Positions 27,636 through 37,783 of a stretch of DNA of 64,000 nt are shown here, piece after piece. Source of the DNA: Nitrosopumilus sp. (GTDB taxonomy: Archaea > Thermoproteota > Nitrososphaeria > Nitrososphaerales > Nitrosopumilaceae). Below the pieces are notes generated by a model, which saw only the letters and a program-made list of their open reading frames with translations, did no database searches and was not told the origin of the DNA. Numbering within the stretch: position 1 is the first letter of the stretch; each line of letters starts with the position of its first letter. Location: positions 2,144,001-2,208,000 of the forward strand of contig OZ250186.1 in NCBI GenBank assembly GCA_965238275.1, given 5' to 3'. The translations under genes and the position numbers were made by a program.

Positions 27636-28481
27636 TTACCGTTCCACGGGATTTCCTATCATGTTGCCCCATTCAGTCCACGAGCCATCGTAGTTTCTAA
27701 CCCTGGGGTATCCCAGCAGGTACTTGAGCACAAACCAGCTGTGAGAGGATCTCTCGCCAATTCTGCAGTAGCAGATTACATCCTTGTCTGCAGTGACACC
27801 CAGAGGTTCGTAATTCTGCCTCAGTTCCTCGACAGACTTGAATGTCCCGTCAGCATCGTTGACTGCCGTGGCCCACGGAATGTTGTTTGCGTCAGGAATG
27901 TGTCCGCCCCTCTGTGCATGCTCCGTCGGGTATTCCGGGGGTGCGGTGATCTTGCCTGAAAATTCCGCAGGAGAACGTACATCGACCATCACCGTATCTT
28001 CCCGGTCCAGTGCGCGCCGAACATCAAACAGGTACGCCCTCAGTCCCTCATCGGGTGGTTGGGCGCTATACCCGACAGGCTCCAGATTGGGCTCGCCAGT
28101 CGTGTATTTGCGATCCTCCAGCTCCCACTTTTTCCGTCCGCCGTTCATAATCCGGACGTCATCATGACCGTAATACTTGAACACCCAGAAGACGAATGCG
28201 GCAAACCAGTTGTTAAAGTCGCCGTACAAAACAACGGCAGTGTCAGAACCGATTCCATTCCTTGACATTAATTCTTCAAACTGTTTTTTGTTGATAATGT
28301 CCCGTGTTACCGGATCGTTAATGTCGCGCTTCCACCAGATCAGGCTTGCGCCATCGATGTGGCCCTTTTGGTACGCGTTTACAGGATCATAATCGACTTC
28401 CACCAGTCGCCGGTTTTTGCCGGGGGGGTTCTGTGAGACCCACTGGGTATCCACCAGCACGTCAGGATCCGCATAACTCAT
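27636..28481 (-). CDS. Thiosulfate sulfurtransferase (tandem rhodanese)
   Basis: GHIDGA, GHIPDA, YCRIGERS and YDGSWTEW. Confidence 0.93.
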   Translation of the reverse strand: MSYADPDVLVDTQWVSQNPPGKNRRLVEVDYDPVNAYQKGHIDGASLIWWKRDINDPVTRDIINKKQFEELMSRNGIGSDTAVVLYGDFNNWFAAFVFWVFKYYGHDDVRIMNGGRKKWELEDRKYTTGEPNLEPVGYSAQPPDEGLRAYLFDVRRALDREDTVMVDVRSPAEFSGKITAPPEYPTEHAQRGGHIPDANNIPWATAVNDADGTFKSVEELRQNYEPLGVTADKDVICYCRIGERSSHSWFVLKYLLGYPRVRNYDGSWTEWGNMIGNPVER

Positions 28482-28662
28482 GATGCCGGTATGGCTTGTT
28501 CATAATTAACTGTTTACTGAAAGGCGGAAACCAATTCCATAAGCCGCATACAGCAGGCATGGGGGCGATGCAGGGCACGGCTTTTGACAGGACGGGTCGT
28601 CGGATTGTGCGGGACTGCCGACAAAAGATGACTTTTATGTAAATGCAAACAAGGTAGGGTGG

Positions 28663-29478
28663 TTGAATCTTCAAAGGGTCGCAGTAGTCAGCAAGGTTGG
28701 ATCAAAAGAGTCAGAGCAGGCTGCAAGGGATGTTGCAGGGAAGCTTCTGGCAAAGGGGATCATAGTGTATACGATATCGCCAATCAGCGTGGAGTCGGCA
28801 AAGGAGATGGAGTCCCTTGAGGAACTAAAGAAGATCAGGCTGGACCTTGTCATAACCCTTGGAGGGGACGGCACCACCCTGAGGGTCTTTAGAAACCTGG
28901 ACAACGAGGCCCCCATTCTGACAATAAACGTGGGGGGGAACAGGGGAATACTCTCGGAGATAACCATTGGGGAGATCGACGACGCGATAGAACAGATTCT
29001 TGCAGGCAAGTTTTTTCTGGACAGGAGGATCAGGGTGGTCGCATCCTGCGGAGGCGAGGAGTTTCCGCCCGCCCTCAACGAGATCTACATCAGCAGGACA
29101 AACCTGACAAGAACCTCAGAGATTGAGATAAAGTTTCAAAACGACACCGTGCAGCAAAAGATGGACGGGGTGATCGTTGCGACGCCTAGCGGCTCCACCG
29201 GGCATTCGTTTTCGCTGGGCGGTCCGATCCTGCACGAGAGCCTGGATGTCCTCATCATAACCCCGGTCGCCCCGGTATACAGGCTGGAGTCAATCGTAGT
29301 CCCCGACGAGAAGATTGAGATCGTATCGTCGCACGACAGCAGCATTGTGATGGATGCGCAGGTGGTAAAGGCGGCAGGGTACGGAGAGCCCATCATCATC
29401 AAAAAGTACAGAAAGCACGCAGTCTTTGTAAGACTCAAAAAGCGCGGACTCAGGCAGATGGGCAAGCTTGGGTACTAG
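28663..29478 (+). CDS. nadK: NAD kinase
   Basis: GGDGT, LNE and DGVIVATPSGSTGHS. Confidence 0.92.
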   Translation: MNLQRVAVVSKVGSKESEQAARDVAGKLLAKGIIVYTISPISVESAKEMESLEELKKIRLDLVITLGGDGTTLRVFRNLDNEAPILTINVGGNRGILSEITIGEIDDAIEQILAGKFFLDRRIRVVASCGGEEFPPALNEIYISRTNLTRTSEIEIKFQNDTVQQKMDGVIVATPSGSTGHSFSLGGPILHESLDVLIITPVAPVYRLESIVVPDEKIEIVSSHDSSIVMDAQVVKAAGYGEPIIIKKYRKHAVFVRLKKRGLRQMGKLGY

Positions 29479-29965
29479 AATTCTGGATGCAAGTGCATTT
29501 TATGCAGGGGTTCCGTTTGGATCCCCCGTACGCTCCCACACGTCCCGGCTGGTCTACGAGGAGATCAAGCACATAAAGAAGAGCCACGACGCGCTGGGCA
29601 TCCTGCTGGACACCGGAAGGCTGCAGGTCAGGGAGCCGGACGGTGCGTCAGTCGATGCAGCGCTCAGGGCTGCAAGAAGAACCGGGGACATCCTGCAGCT
29701 TTCAAGGCAGGACATATCAATTATTGCCATGGGCATTGAGATGAAAGGCGAGATTGTTACTGACGATTTTGCAGTCTCAAACGTGGCAAGGAGTCTGGGC
29801 CTGAAGGTCTCGCCCGTGATGACCCGCGGGATAACTGATGTAGGCAGGTGGGTTCATTACTGTCCGGGATGCAGGACAAACCACACAGGCACGTCAGAGT
29901 GTCCTGCATGCGGAACGCGTCTCAAAAGGAAGCTTCTCAAGGGTCGTGCAGGGTCTTCTGGCTAG
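29468..29965 (+). CDS. nob1: Nob1-like PIN-domain endoribonuclease
   Basis: ILDASAF, LSRQD, TDDFAVSN and a C-terminal zinc ribbon. Confidence 0.85.
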   Translation: MGTRILDASAFYAGVPFGSPVRSHTSRLVYEEIKHIKKSHDALGILLDTGRLQVREPDGASVDAALRAARRTGDILQLSRQDISIIAMGIEMKGEIVTDDFAVSNVARSLGLKVSPVMTRGITDVGRWVHYCPGCRTNHTGTSECPACGTRLKRKLLKGRAGSSG

Positions 29966-30623
29966 ACTCCTTTGAGAAGCTGCTTTTGGTGCACAGCGTC
30001 CTTTTGATCTTCTTTGATCTGGCCTGGCCGAATCCCTCAATCTTGGCAATCTCCGTGCTGCTTGCAGAGAATGCCTTGAGCGGCGTCTCAAACCTCTCAA
30101 GCATTCTTACTGCAAACTTTTCACCGACCCCCGGAAGGCTGCAGAGGACGGACAGCTGCTGCTTTTCAAGATCGGCGGACTTTTTGATCTTCTTGAGGTA
30201 TGGCCCCTTGGCAGACTCCTTTCTGGAGCACATGGAGACTAGCAGCTTGGCTGTGTGGGCGGCGCTGGGGGTCGGAATTACTGGAATTTTAAAATCAAGC
30301 GCGACAGTGGACAGGGCACCGTAGAATATCATCGGGTTGTCTGTGATCTCATCAATCTCATCTACGTTTCCCTCCATGAGGACGACAGGGTATTCAAAGT
30401 GCTCCTTGAGCCGGGAGCATTGATCAAACAGCCTTCCGTCAAATACGGACGACATCAGATCACGGATGCTCTTTCGCTCCACGACAGTCTCGGATGCGAC
30501 GATGTAGTCCCCTACCAGAAGCGTCTTTGTCTCGACGCTCAGGCCAATCGACTTGAGAAGATCAGGAATTCCGCTCTTCTTCTCCCTCTCATCTGCGACT
30601 ATCCGAAGGCCTGCCAGGTTCAT
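29937..30623 (-). CDS. xpf: XPF/ERCC4 endonuclease with HhH motifs
   Basis: ADERE, GDY, VERKS and LPGVG. Confidence 0.88.
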   Translation of the reverse strand: MNLAGLRIVADEREKKSGIPDLLKSIGLSVETKTLLVGDYIVASETVVERKSIRDLMSSVFDGRLFDQCSRLKEHFEYPVVLMEGNVDEIDEITDNPMIFYGALSTVALDFKIPVIPTPSAAHTAKLLVSMCSRKESAKGPYLKKIKKSADLEKQQLSVLCSLPGVGEKFAVRMLERFETPLKAFSASSTEIAKIEGFGQARSKKIKRTLCTKSSFSKESSQKTLHDP

Positions 30624-30682
30624 TACTGGTACATGCCAGACTGCGGGTATATCAAGCCATGCGCACACCCAGGCTACTACTA

Positions 30683-31075
30683 CTACCGCCTGGAACTATC
30701 AGAAGGCGGCGCACCCGGGGGGCCGCCACCGCTCTTCATCATCTGGGTAATGTGTGCCTCCTGTTCCTTGAGGGTCTCCTTGAGGCGCGTCTCCTGCTTT
30801 TCAAGCACGGTCATGCGCGTCTTTGCCATGACCTGCCTCTCCTCTAGATCATCGATTAGATCCTTCCTCGTTGATCGTATCATGACAGTTCCCACGTGTT
30901 TAAAGACGGCATCGTCATCGCCTGCCCTTTGCAGCTCCTCTAGCGCCTTTGTCGTTTCAGCCCTTTCCATCTCAAGGTGTTGTCTCTGGGTCATGACCGA
31001 CTGCAGGTTCTGCTGGGACTGCTGCATCTTGGTTATCTGTTCCTGAAGCCACGGCGGCATCTGTCTTGATGACAT
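30683..31075 (-). CDS. pfdB: Prefoldin beta subunit
   Basis: Coiled coils around VFKHVGTVMI; gene order. Confidence 0.9.
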   Translation of the reverse strand: MSSRQMPPWLQEQITKMQQSQQNLQSVMTQRQHLEMERAETTKALEELQRAGDDDAVFKHVGTVMIRSTRKDLIDDLEERQVMAKTRMTVLEKQETRLKETLKEQEAHITQMMKSGGGPPGAPPSDSSRR

Positions 31076-31098
31076 GGCTACCCTGAAACTTTGTTTCG

Positions 31099-31341
31099 TT
31101 ATATCTTTACCGATTCTATCGAGTCATGGCAGGCCCGGATGAGGCGCAGCGTGGAGTTGAGGTTTGCCCTCAGGTGTGCAAGATTCTCGGACTCTACGCG
31201 GATAAGGATTGCATCATCATCATCATCATCACCCATCTGGATGCTGGTTTTGACAGTGTTGTCAATCCCAATGGAGTCAAAAATGGCTTTTGTCTTGTCC
31301 CCTGCATCGACGGTAATTCTTGCGCTAAAGCTTGATGTCAT
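31099..31341 (-). CDS. pcc1: KEOPS subunit Pcc1
   Basis: LRANLNSTLRLI; lies between rpl37ae and pfdB. Confidence 0.8.
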   Translation of the reverse strand: MTSSFSARITVDAGDKTKAIFDSIGIDNTVKTSIQMGDDDDDDAILIRVESENLAHLRANLNSTLRLIRACHDSIESVKI

Positions 31342-31537
31342 ATGCGGTTCCGGCTATCTTGAGGTTGCATTTTTTGCAGGACCATATCCCCACGGCATCC
31401 CGGCCAAACGTCTTGGAACCGCATTCAGGGCAGGTTCTCTTCTCTTTTAGCTGGAGATGGATCTTTGTGTACTGTTTTCTCAACTTGATGCCATACCTTG
31501 CACCAAGGCCCTTGAGTGATTTCTTTGCCTTTGCCAT
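31325..31537 (-). CDS. rpl37ae: Ribosomal protein eL43 (L37Ae)
   Basis: GARYGIKLRK, CPEC and VGIWSCKKC. Confidence 0.92.
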   Translation of the reverse strand: MAKAKKSLKGLGARYGIKLRKQYTKIHLQLKEKRTCPECGSKTFGRDAVGIWSCKKCNLKIAGTAYDIKL

Positions 31538-31538
31538 T

Positions 31539-32354
31539 TCAGGCCCCCTGTGCGGATTCCTTGATCTGCTCGCGTATCTTTGCCCCAATCCGGACAGATA
31601 TCTCTCCGCATCGGACTACCTCGTCCTGGGTGAATCCGTCGGCTCCGCCCTTTTGGAGTGCACAGATGTTTCCGTCAGAGTTGCTGGCAATGGTTATCCT
31701 GGCATCCATGCAGCTCCACTCGTCTGCGTTTGGATCGACTATGATGTGACTTCCAATCTTGCCCATGGTTACAGAGACAGGTATGGTCGTGACAGGCACA
31801 GGCAACTCCTCGCCCTCTACCAGCGTGGGGATGTCATTTACCATGCTCCACGTGGGCATTTTGGATGTGAGCAGGGCCGCAGTGGCAGCATAAGAGCATG
31901 CATCAAACAGGTTTCCGTCATAGTCTACTACCACGTTGTCTGCAAAGACGCCCACTACGGACTTGTTGGCCTCAATTACCAGCTGGGAGACGTCCACCAT
32001 GTGGCTCTCCCGTATTCCCCGGTCTACCACCCTTGCCAGCTCGATTACGGCAGGTCCCGGCGGTCCGGTCTCTACGGTGGGGTGTGAAAGTGGCAACAGT
32101 TCTGCAGTACAGATGAAGATTCCCTTGTCGCCCGTGTCAGGAAATGGCCTGTCCGGTTGAATCTTTATTCCGCAAACCACCTCGGTCTCTCCGAGCAGTA
32201 CGCGGGCCGAGCCGTTTGCCTTGGGAATTGCGTTTACCTGTATGGTTATCTTTCTTGGCTCCTCAAGGGCCCTTCCGTCGGTTCTCTTGCCCTGTGCCAG
32301 AAGCTCGAGAATCTGCACCCGTTTCAGATCGTTGATTATTGCAGATGATGTCAT
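31539..32354 (-). CDS. rrp42: Exosome subunit Rrp42
   Basis: RNase PH fold motifs; IELARVVDRGIRES. Confidence 0.92.
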   Translation of the reverse strand: MTSSAIINDLKRVQILELLAQGKRTDGRALEEPRKITIQVNAIPKANGSARVLLGETEVVCGIKIQPDRPFPDTGDKGIFICTAELLPLSHPTVETGPPGPAVIELARVVDRGIRESHMVDVSQLVIEANKSVVGVFADNVVVDYDGNLFDACSYAATAALLTSKMPTWSMVNDIPTLVEGEELPVPVTTIPVSVTMGKIGSHIIVDPNADEWSCMDARITIASNSDGNICALQKGGADGFTQDEVVRCGEISVRIGAKIREQIKESAQGA

Positions 32355-33085
32355 TTCCTGTCGCCTTCAAAGTATTTGTTGTGGAGTGCCTTCTTTTGCA
32401 GGTCATATACTATCTTGCATCCCTCGATTCCCACTTCCACGCACTTTTTGTACTCTTCGGGAGTCATGATGCCGTCCAGTTGCAGGAGGGTAATCTTTTT
32501 CATGTTTGGCATGTAGCCGATTGGCATGTCAGCCTGTCCGGCCTGGTCTTCTTCATTATTGACATCAAGGATTACAGTGTCTGCCACCTTGCCTGCAGCG
32601 CACGCAGCCACCATGTCCCTCATCGGAATTCCGGCATCTGCCAGCGCGACGGAGGCTGCAGAGAGAGCCGCGCACCTTGTTCCGCCGTCTGCCTGAAGTA
32701 CCTCAATAAACACATCGACTGCGGTTCGTGGGAATTTTTCCAGAATTACCGCAGGCTCCAGGGCCTCCTTGATCACCTTTGATATCTCAATTTCACGTCT
32801 GGAGGGGGCTGGATTCTTTCGCTCGTCTACCGAGAACGGTTCCATGTGATACCTGACGCGCAGTATTCCCGTATCCGTATTGGACATGTGTTTTGGATGC
32901 ACGTCTCGTGGACCAAAGACGCCCACTACAATCTTGTTGTCGCCAAATTCAATGTACGCCGAACCGTCTGCATTCTTTAGTCCGCCGGCCTTTATCATTA
33001 TTGGCCTGGGCTCGTCAACCTTTCTGCCGTCACAACGAATGCCGTTCTTGTCTAACAGTACTAACTTTGCATCTCTTCCACCCAT
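32351..33085 (-). CDS. rrp41: Exosome subunit Rrp41
   Basis: ADGSAY, SRREIEISKV and QADGGTR. Confidence 0.94.
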   Translation of the reverse strand: MGGRDAKLVLLDKNGIRCDGRKVDEPRPIMIKAGGLKNADGSAYIEFGDNKIVVGVFGPRDVHPKHMSNTDTGILRVRYHMEPFSVDERKNPAPSRREIEISKVIKEALEPAVILEKFPRTAVDVFIEVLQADGGTRCAALSAASVALADAGIPMRDMVAACAAGKVADTVILDVNNEEDQAGQADMPIGYMPNMKKITLLQLDGIMTPEEYKKCVEVGIEGCKIVYDLQKKALHNKYFEGDRK

Positions 33086-33762
33086 TATGATTCACCTTTT
33101 GATTCCAGCATTTCTTTTACCTGATCAGCCAAATTGGCAACATGTGCGTTTTCATCTACCATTTGGATGGCCTTTTTAGCCTTTAATAAGCCATGGGGAG
33201 TATCACAGGATACGACAACCCAGCCGTTCTGGCCTATCGTGACTGCCGCGTCGGTTGCAAGCTCTATGGCCTGAATCATGGCGCCCTTCTTTCCGATTAG
33301 TCTTGGAATCTTGCTGGGGGATATCTTGACCAAGTCACCAGAGTCAATCTTGCCCAGATCCCGGTCAGACACTGTCACCAGCGGATCCCGGGTCCTGTCA
33401 AAGTTTGCTATCCTGGCAGCCACCAGATCCCCGGCACTGAGTTTCGAGGAGAGCTCGTCGGCATGTGCAGAAAAGTCCCGTCCAAAAACATCCTGTGCAG
33501 GCAGAAATCCCACATAGCACGAGTTGATGTCAAGCTCCCATGACAGCGATGTGTGGGAGATTACCTTGCCGATAACAAGATCATTAATCTTTGGAATATA
33601 CTTGCCAGTCAGCGGGATGACCTTTGCAGAGTCGTCATAAATCTCGGAGATTCCGACTGCGGTGGAGATTATGTTTTTTCCGTCAAGTATTACGTTCTGC
33701 TCGGGCCTGAACGGTCCGGTGGTAACAACATCGCCTGGAATCACGTATCTTCGCCGGTTCAT
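33085..33762 (-). CDS. rrp4: Exosome RNA-binding subunit Rrp4
   Basis: S1 and KH domains (PRLIGKKG). Confidence 0.92.
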   Translation of the reverse strand: MNRRRYVIPGDVVTTGPFRPEQNVILDGKNIISTAVGISEIYDDSAKVIPLTGKYIPKINDLVIGKVISHTSLSWELDINSCYVGFLPAQDVFGRDFSAHADELSSKLSAGDLVAARIANFDRTRDPLVTVSDRDLGKIDSGDLVKISPSKIPRLIGKKGAMIQAIELATDAAVTIGQNGWVVVSCDTPHGLLKAKKAIQMVDENAHVANLADQVKEMLESKGES

Positions 33763-34445
33763 TGGATTACCTCGACTGCAGCGGATCCTCTGGTTATGGA
33801 ACCCAATCTATCTATCACGTTTGGCCTTGCTCCAGCGGGTATTTCAAGTATTGCTTTTAGCGAACCGTTGTTCTGCCATTCCTCCTTTTGCAGGGATCCC
33901 ACGGATTTTAGTACCGCATACGACTGGGCCGCATACTGTGCTGGAATGAGGATCTCCAGCCGCAGGCTTTCAGACTTTAGTGCGATTATCGAGCGCAGTT
34001 TCTCAACGATATCCTTTACCTGCTCGTCGACGCTCCGCTGCGGATCAATCGAGATGCGGCCGTCCTTCATGGCCTGCTCGATTCTCAATGCGGGGTGCGG
34101 AAAATGTGTCCTGGGATCCACATACGTCTTGGCAATGAATCCTATGATCTGCCTCCTCTTTTCATCGATCATCTTACGCCGTTGATCGGTTGTAAGATTC
34201 AGATCACCTTTTTGGAGGATTATTTTTGCTATTTCAGAGGCGTCCTCCGTCTTGAAGGCGTTTAGGAGTTTCTCCATCGAGGGCTTTGTTCCCTTTCCGG
34301 AGTCAGAATAGATCTCATCGGAGACCAGGACAGAGGAGATCTCCTTCTTCCGGCCCAGCCGGTAGTCAAGGGCCGGATCGGGCTTCACCAGGATCTCAAA
34401 CTTTTCACCTTCAAAGGAATACCTAACCACTGTAATGTCTGCCAT
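33759..34445 (-). CDS. Ribosome assembly factor SBDS/Sdo1
   Basis: GEKFEILV, LTTDQRR and HPALRIE. Confidence 0.92.
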   Translation of the reverse strand: MADITVVRYSFEGEKFEILVKPDPALDYRLGRKKEISSVLVSDEIYSDSGKGTKPSMEKLLNAFKTEDASEIAKIILQKGDLNLTTDQRRKMIDEKRRQIIGFIAKTYVDPRTHFPHPALRIEQAMKDGRISIDPQRSVDEQVKDIVEKLRSIIALKSESLRLEILIPAQYAAQSYAVLKSVGSLQKEEWQNNGSLKAILEIPAGARPNVIDRLGSITRGSAAVEVIQ

Positions 34446-34550
34446 TTCTAAGACACGTAGGATTGCTGGGTATTTATTTATTGGAATCAGACAGGGGAGA
34501 GGGCCTTCCCGCTAGCTTTTTATTTGGACTGAGGAGAACTTTTTCGAGAC

Positions 34551-35189
34551 TTGTCGTCCTTGGAGATAGTTAAAAAAGATAGCCATAAAATTTCTGTAAA
34601 GTTCAGCGGAGTTCCCCTCCAATACGCAAATGCCCTAAGACGCATATGCCTCAACGGCATTCCGGTGTTTGCAATCGGCGATGTGGACGTAATAGAGAAC
34701 TCATCGGTGCTCCCAGACGAGGGTCTCGCACACAGGCTTGGGCTTGTGCCGATAAGGACCGATCTGCATAGATTCAATGAGCGATCAGAGTGCGACTGCA
34801 ACAGTGAAAAGGGATGCTCCAACTGCTCAGTCATGCTGTATCTGGATTCTGGAGAATCCGATGTTACAAGAACCATCTTCTCAAACGAGCTGTCCTCTGA
34901 GGACGATGTCATAAAGCCAACCTCAGACAAAATCCCCATAGTGGATCTTGCCCCGGGTCAGAAGATAAAAATCGAGTGCCATGCCATGCTGGGACGCGGA
35001 ACAGAGCACGCCAAGTGGAACTCGGCAAACATCTCGACTTTGATCGATGCTGACAATGCAGGCGAAAAGATCCTCACAGTAGAGTCTACAGGGTCACTCG
35101 ACCCCGAACAGATCATCCTTGCGGGAATAGACGAGGTCAAGGACAAGCTGGGCGAGTTCAGAGAGATGCTGGACAGGATTGAGGCGTAA
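34551..35189 (+). CDS. rpoD: RNA polymerase subunit D (Rpo3)
   Basis: ANALRR, LAHRLGLVP and GTEHAKW. Confidence 0.93.
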   Translation: MSSLEIVKKDSHKISVKFSGVPLQYANALRRICLNGIPVFAIGDVDVIENSSVLPDEGLAHRLGLVPIRTDLHRFNERSECDCNSEKGCSNCSVMLYLDSGESDVTRTIFSNELSSEDDVIKPTSDKIPIVDLAPGQKIKIECHAMLGRGTEHAKWNSANISTLIDADNAGEKILTVESTGSLDPEQIILAGIDEVKDKLGEFREMLDRIEA

Positions 35190-35243
35190 TCCGGGCAATA
35201 CAAATCATACACGTTATATTTGGGTTATAAACCGCTTATTCAC

Positions 35244-35591
35244 ATGACAAATCAAGTAGTGGTGCACATGGCCAGAAATTTAAGAAAGGCCTCGGCTGCC
35301 AACGATGCCCCAATCTGGGCAAAACTGGCAGAGTACGCGCTAAAGCCATCCATAGCAAGAAGGGACATCAACGTCAACAGGATTGGCCAGCTTACAAAAA
35401 AGGGCGACACCGTGGTGTTTCCGGGAAAGGTTCTCGGCACAGGCAGCATACCCCACGACATTACGCTGTTCTCGTTTGCCATATCGCGCACTGCAGCAGA
35501 CAAGATAACAGGCAGCGGCGGGAAGTTGATCGGATATTCGGAACTCATCGAGCAGAATCCCACAGGCAAGGGGGTGGTACTGCTTGGCTAG
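35244..35591 (+). CDS. rpl18e: Ribosomal protein eL18
   Basis: PGKVLGTG; gene order. Confidence 0.92.
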   Translation: MTNQVVVHMARNLRKASAANDAPIWAKLAEYALKPSIARRDINVNRIGQLTKKGDTVVFPGKVLGTGSIPHDITLFSFAISRTAADKITGSGGKLIGYSELIEQNPTGKGVVLLG

Positions 35592-36054
35592 TAGCAGCCA
35601 GGAGCAGGTAGTAAGAACCGACAGGCCCATAGTCGTTGATGCGACGGATCACATCGCAGGAAGGCTTGCATCGCATGTCGCAAAACTGCTCCTCAAGGGC
35701 AACAGGGTTTCTCTGGTAAACTGTGAAAAGATCATGATCAGCGGAACCAGGACAAACATCATTCAGGAGTACAGGGAGTTTTTGGAGATCAACAGCATAA
35801 TCAACCCAAAACACGGTCCGGTCCATTATCGCAGGCCGGACACGATAATCAGCAAGATGGTTCGTGGAATGCTCCCCCATGACAGAAAGCCTTCAGGCAA
35901 GGAGGCACACAAGAGGCTGAGGGCATACATTGGATCTCCAAAGGATGTAAAGTCTCTCAAGAAGATCCAGTTTGAAAAGGCAAAAATTAAAAGAACCGCA
36001 TCACAGTATGTCACAATGGCGCAGCTGTGCAGGGTGATAGGGTGGACTGAATGA
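35584..36054 (+). CDS. rpl13: Ribosomal protein uL13
   Basis: AGRLAS and VRGMLP. Confidence 0.94.
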   Translation: MASSSQEQVVRTDRPIVVDATDHIAGRLASHVAKLLLKGNRVSLVNCEKIMISGTRTNIIQEYREFLEINSIINPKHGPVHYRRPDTIISKMVRGMLPHDRKPSGKEAHKRLRAYIGSPKDVKSLKKIQFEKAKIKRTASQYVTMAQLCRVIGWTE

Positions 36055-36500
36055 CCGTTCCAAAGACTGAGATTTATTTTGCAACCAGAAAGGCTGCCAG
36101 TGCACGGGTATACATTACAAAAGGACAGGGAAGAGTCCGCATCAACAATGTCCCAGTGGAGATGATTCCGCAGGAGACTGCCCGCGAGGTCGTCATGGCT
36201 CCGCTGGAGATACTAGGCGACCTGAGAAACAGGGTTGACGTATCAGTGAGGGTCAGGGGCGGAGGCTTCATGGGGCAGGCAGGTGCAATCGCGACAGGAA
36301 TCTCAAGGGCGCTTGTAGGCTGGACAAAGTCTAAAAAGGATCCAAGGGATCATCCGTTCCCAAAATCCATCAGGGAGGATCTAAGAAGAAGAATAACTGA
36401 TTTTGACAAGTATCTGATCAGCGGGGATGCCAGGCAGAAGGAACCAAAGAAGTTTGGCGGGCCCGGGGCCAGAAGAAGAAAGCAGAAATCATACCGTTAG
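36051..36500 (+). CDS. rps9: Ribosomal protein uS9
   Basis: GGGFMGQA and GARRRKQKSYR. Confidence 0.95.
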   Translation: MTVPKTEIYFATRKAASARVYITKGQGRVRINNVPVEMIPQETAREVVMAPLEILGDLRNRVDVSVRVRGGGFMGQAGAIATGISRALVGWTKSKKDPRDHPFPKSIREDLRRRITDFDKYLISGDARQKEPKKFGGPGARRRKQKSYR

Positions 36501-36503
36501 GCC

Positions 36504-37223
36504 GTGAAGAGCGTAATTCTGGCAGGCGGCAGTGGTTCCAGGGGAAGGCCGTATACTGACTACTTTCCAAAGGCCATGACGCCAATCAACGACAGGCCGC
36601 TGATCGATTATATCGTAAGATATCTGGAGTCATTTGATCTTATCGAGGAGATCATCATAGTGTCTGACTTTAACGGCCTCGGGGGCCAGATTAAAAACTA
36701 CTTTGGGGACAGCAGGAGGGGCCTTGTATACATCCAGGACTCCGGGAACGGAACTGCAGGAGATCTGCTGCATGCAGGAAGCATGCTGGACGGCCAGCCG
36801 GAGTTCCTTTTGTGGTTTGCAGACAACCTGTGCGCTGTCAGCCCGGAGGGGATGAGGGATGTCCTCAGGGAGAAGGAGAGCATGGCAGTAATTGCCACCA
36901 GGACAAGCAGGAGGGAGGAGACAGGGTTTGCAGTAGTGCAGGATGGAATAATCAAGCGGTTCATGGAAAAGCCCGTAATGCAGCTGCCGGCCTCCGAATG
37001 CCTTGGAATATACATGCTCAGGGGCGACATCATGGACAGAATCGGCCAGACTCAGAAGAAGGAGATCAACCTGTCCTATGACATCCTGCAGCCGCTCTCA
37101 GGGGAGGACAGGATCAGCGCCTTTGACATAGGGGACAGGGAATGGATTGACGTCGAGTCCCCGACCGTCATTGACAGAAACAAGGATACCGTGGAAAGAA
37201 TCATAGCACAGATGGGACTGTAG
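36504..37223 (+). CDS. Sugar-phosphate nucleotidyltransferase family protein
   Basis: ILAGGSGSR...PKAM. Confidence 0.88.
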   Translation: MKSVILAGGSGSRGRPYTDYFPKAMTPINDRPLIDYIVRYLESFDLIEEIIIVSDFNGLGGQIKNYFGDSRRGLVYIQDSGNGTAGDLLHAGSMLDGQPEFLLWFADNLCAVSPEGMRDVLREKESMAVIATRTSRREETGFAVVQDGIIKRFMEKPVMQLPASECLGIYMLRGDIMDRIGQTQKKEINLSYDILQPLSGEDRISAFDIGDREWIDVESPTVIDRNKDTVERIIAQMGL

Positions 37224-37782
37224 AGGCCTTCTCAAACCTGGATATCTCATCTTCAAACTGGAACGTTCTGGCAATCTCGTCTAGGCCCTCGAGCAGTATC
37301 TGCTTCCGGTGGGACTCCATCTCAAAGGGTATCTCCTCAGACGGGGTGGTGATTGTCTGCTTTTCCAGATCCACGTCCACCGTGCCAGTCTCCGAATAAA
37401 GCCGCCCAACCGTCTCAGGGTCCAGCTGTACAGGCAGGATGCCGTTCTTGAAGCAGTTGCTCAAAAAGATGTCTGCAAAGGACGGTGCAACCACCACGGA
37501 GAATCCGTAGTCCATCAGCGCCCACACGGCATGCTCGCGGCTGGACCCGCAGCCAAAGTTTTCTCCGGTTACAAGTATCTTGGAACCGCCGTACTCTGGG
37601 TTGTTCAGGACAAAGTCAGTCTCCCTTCCTTCCTGGTCGTACCGCCAGTTGTAGAACAGGTACCTTCCAAAGCCGGATCTCTGGATCAGTTTTAGAAACT
37701 GTTTTGGGACGATCTGATCCGTATCCACGTTTATCTTCTCAAGGGGCGTGATGATGCCTGACACCCGGGAGAAAGGCTCCAC
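37201..37782 (-). CDS. leuD: 3-isopropylmalate dehydratase small subunit
   Basis: VDTDQIVPKQFL and NFGCGSSREHA. Confidence 0.93.
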   Translation of the reverse strand: MEPFSRVSGIITPLEKINVDTDQIVPKQFLKLIQRSGFGRYLFYNWRYDQEGRETDFVLNNPEYGGSKILVTGENFGCGSSREHAVWALMDYGFSVVVAPSFADIFLSNCFKNGILPVQLDPETVGRLYSETGTVDVDLEKQTITTPSEEIPFEMESHRKQILLEGLDEIARTFQFEDEISRFEKASTVPSVL

Positions 37783-37783
37783 C

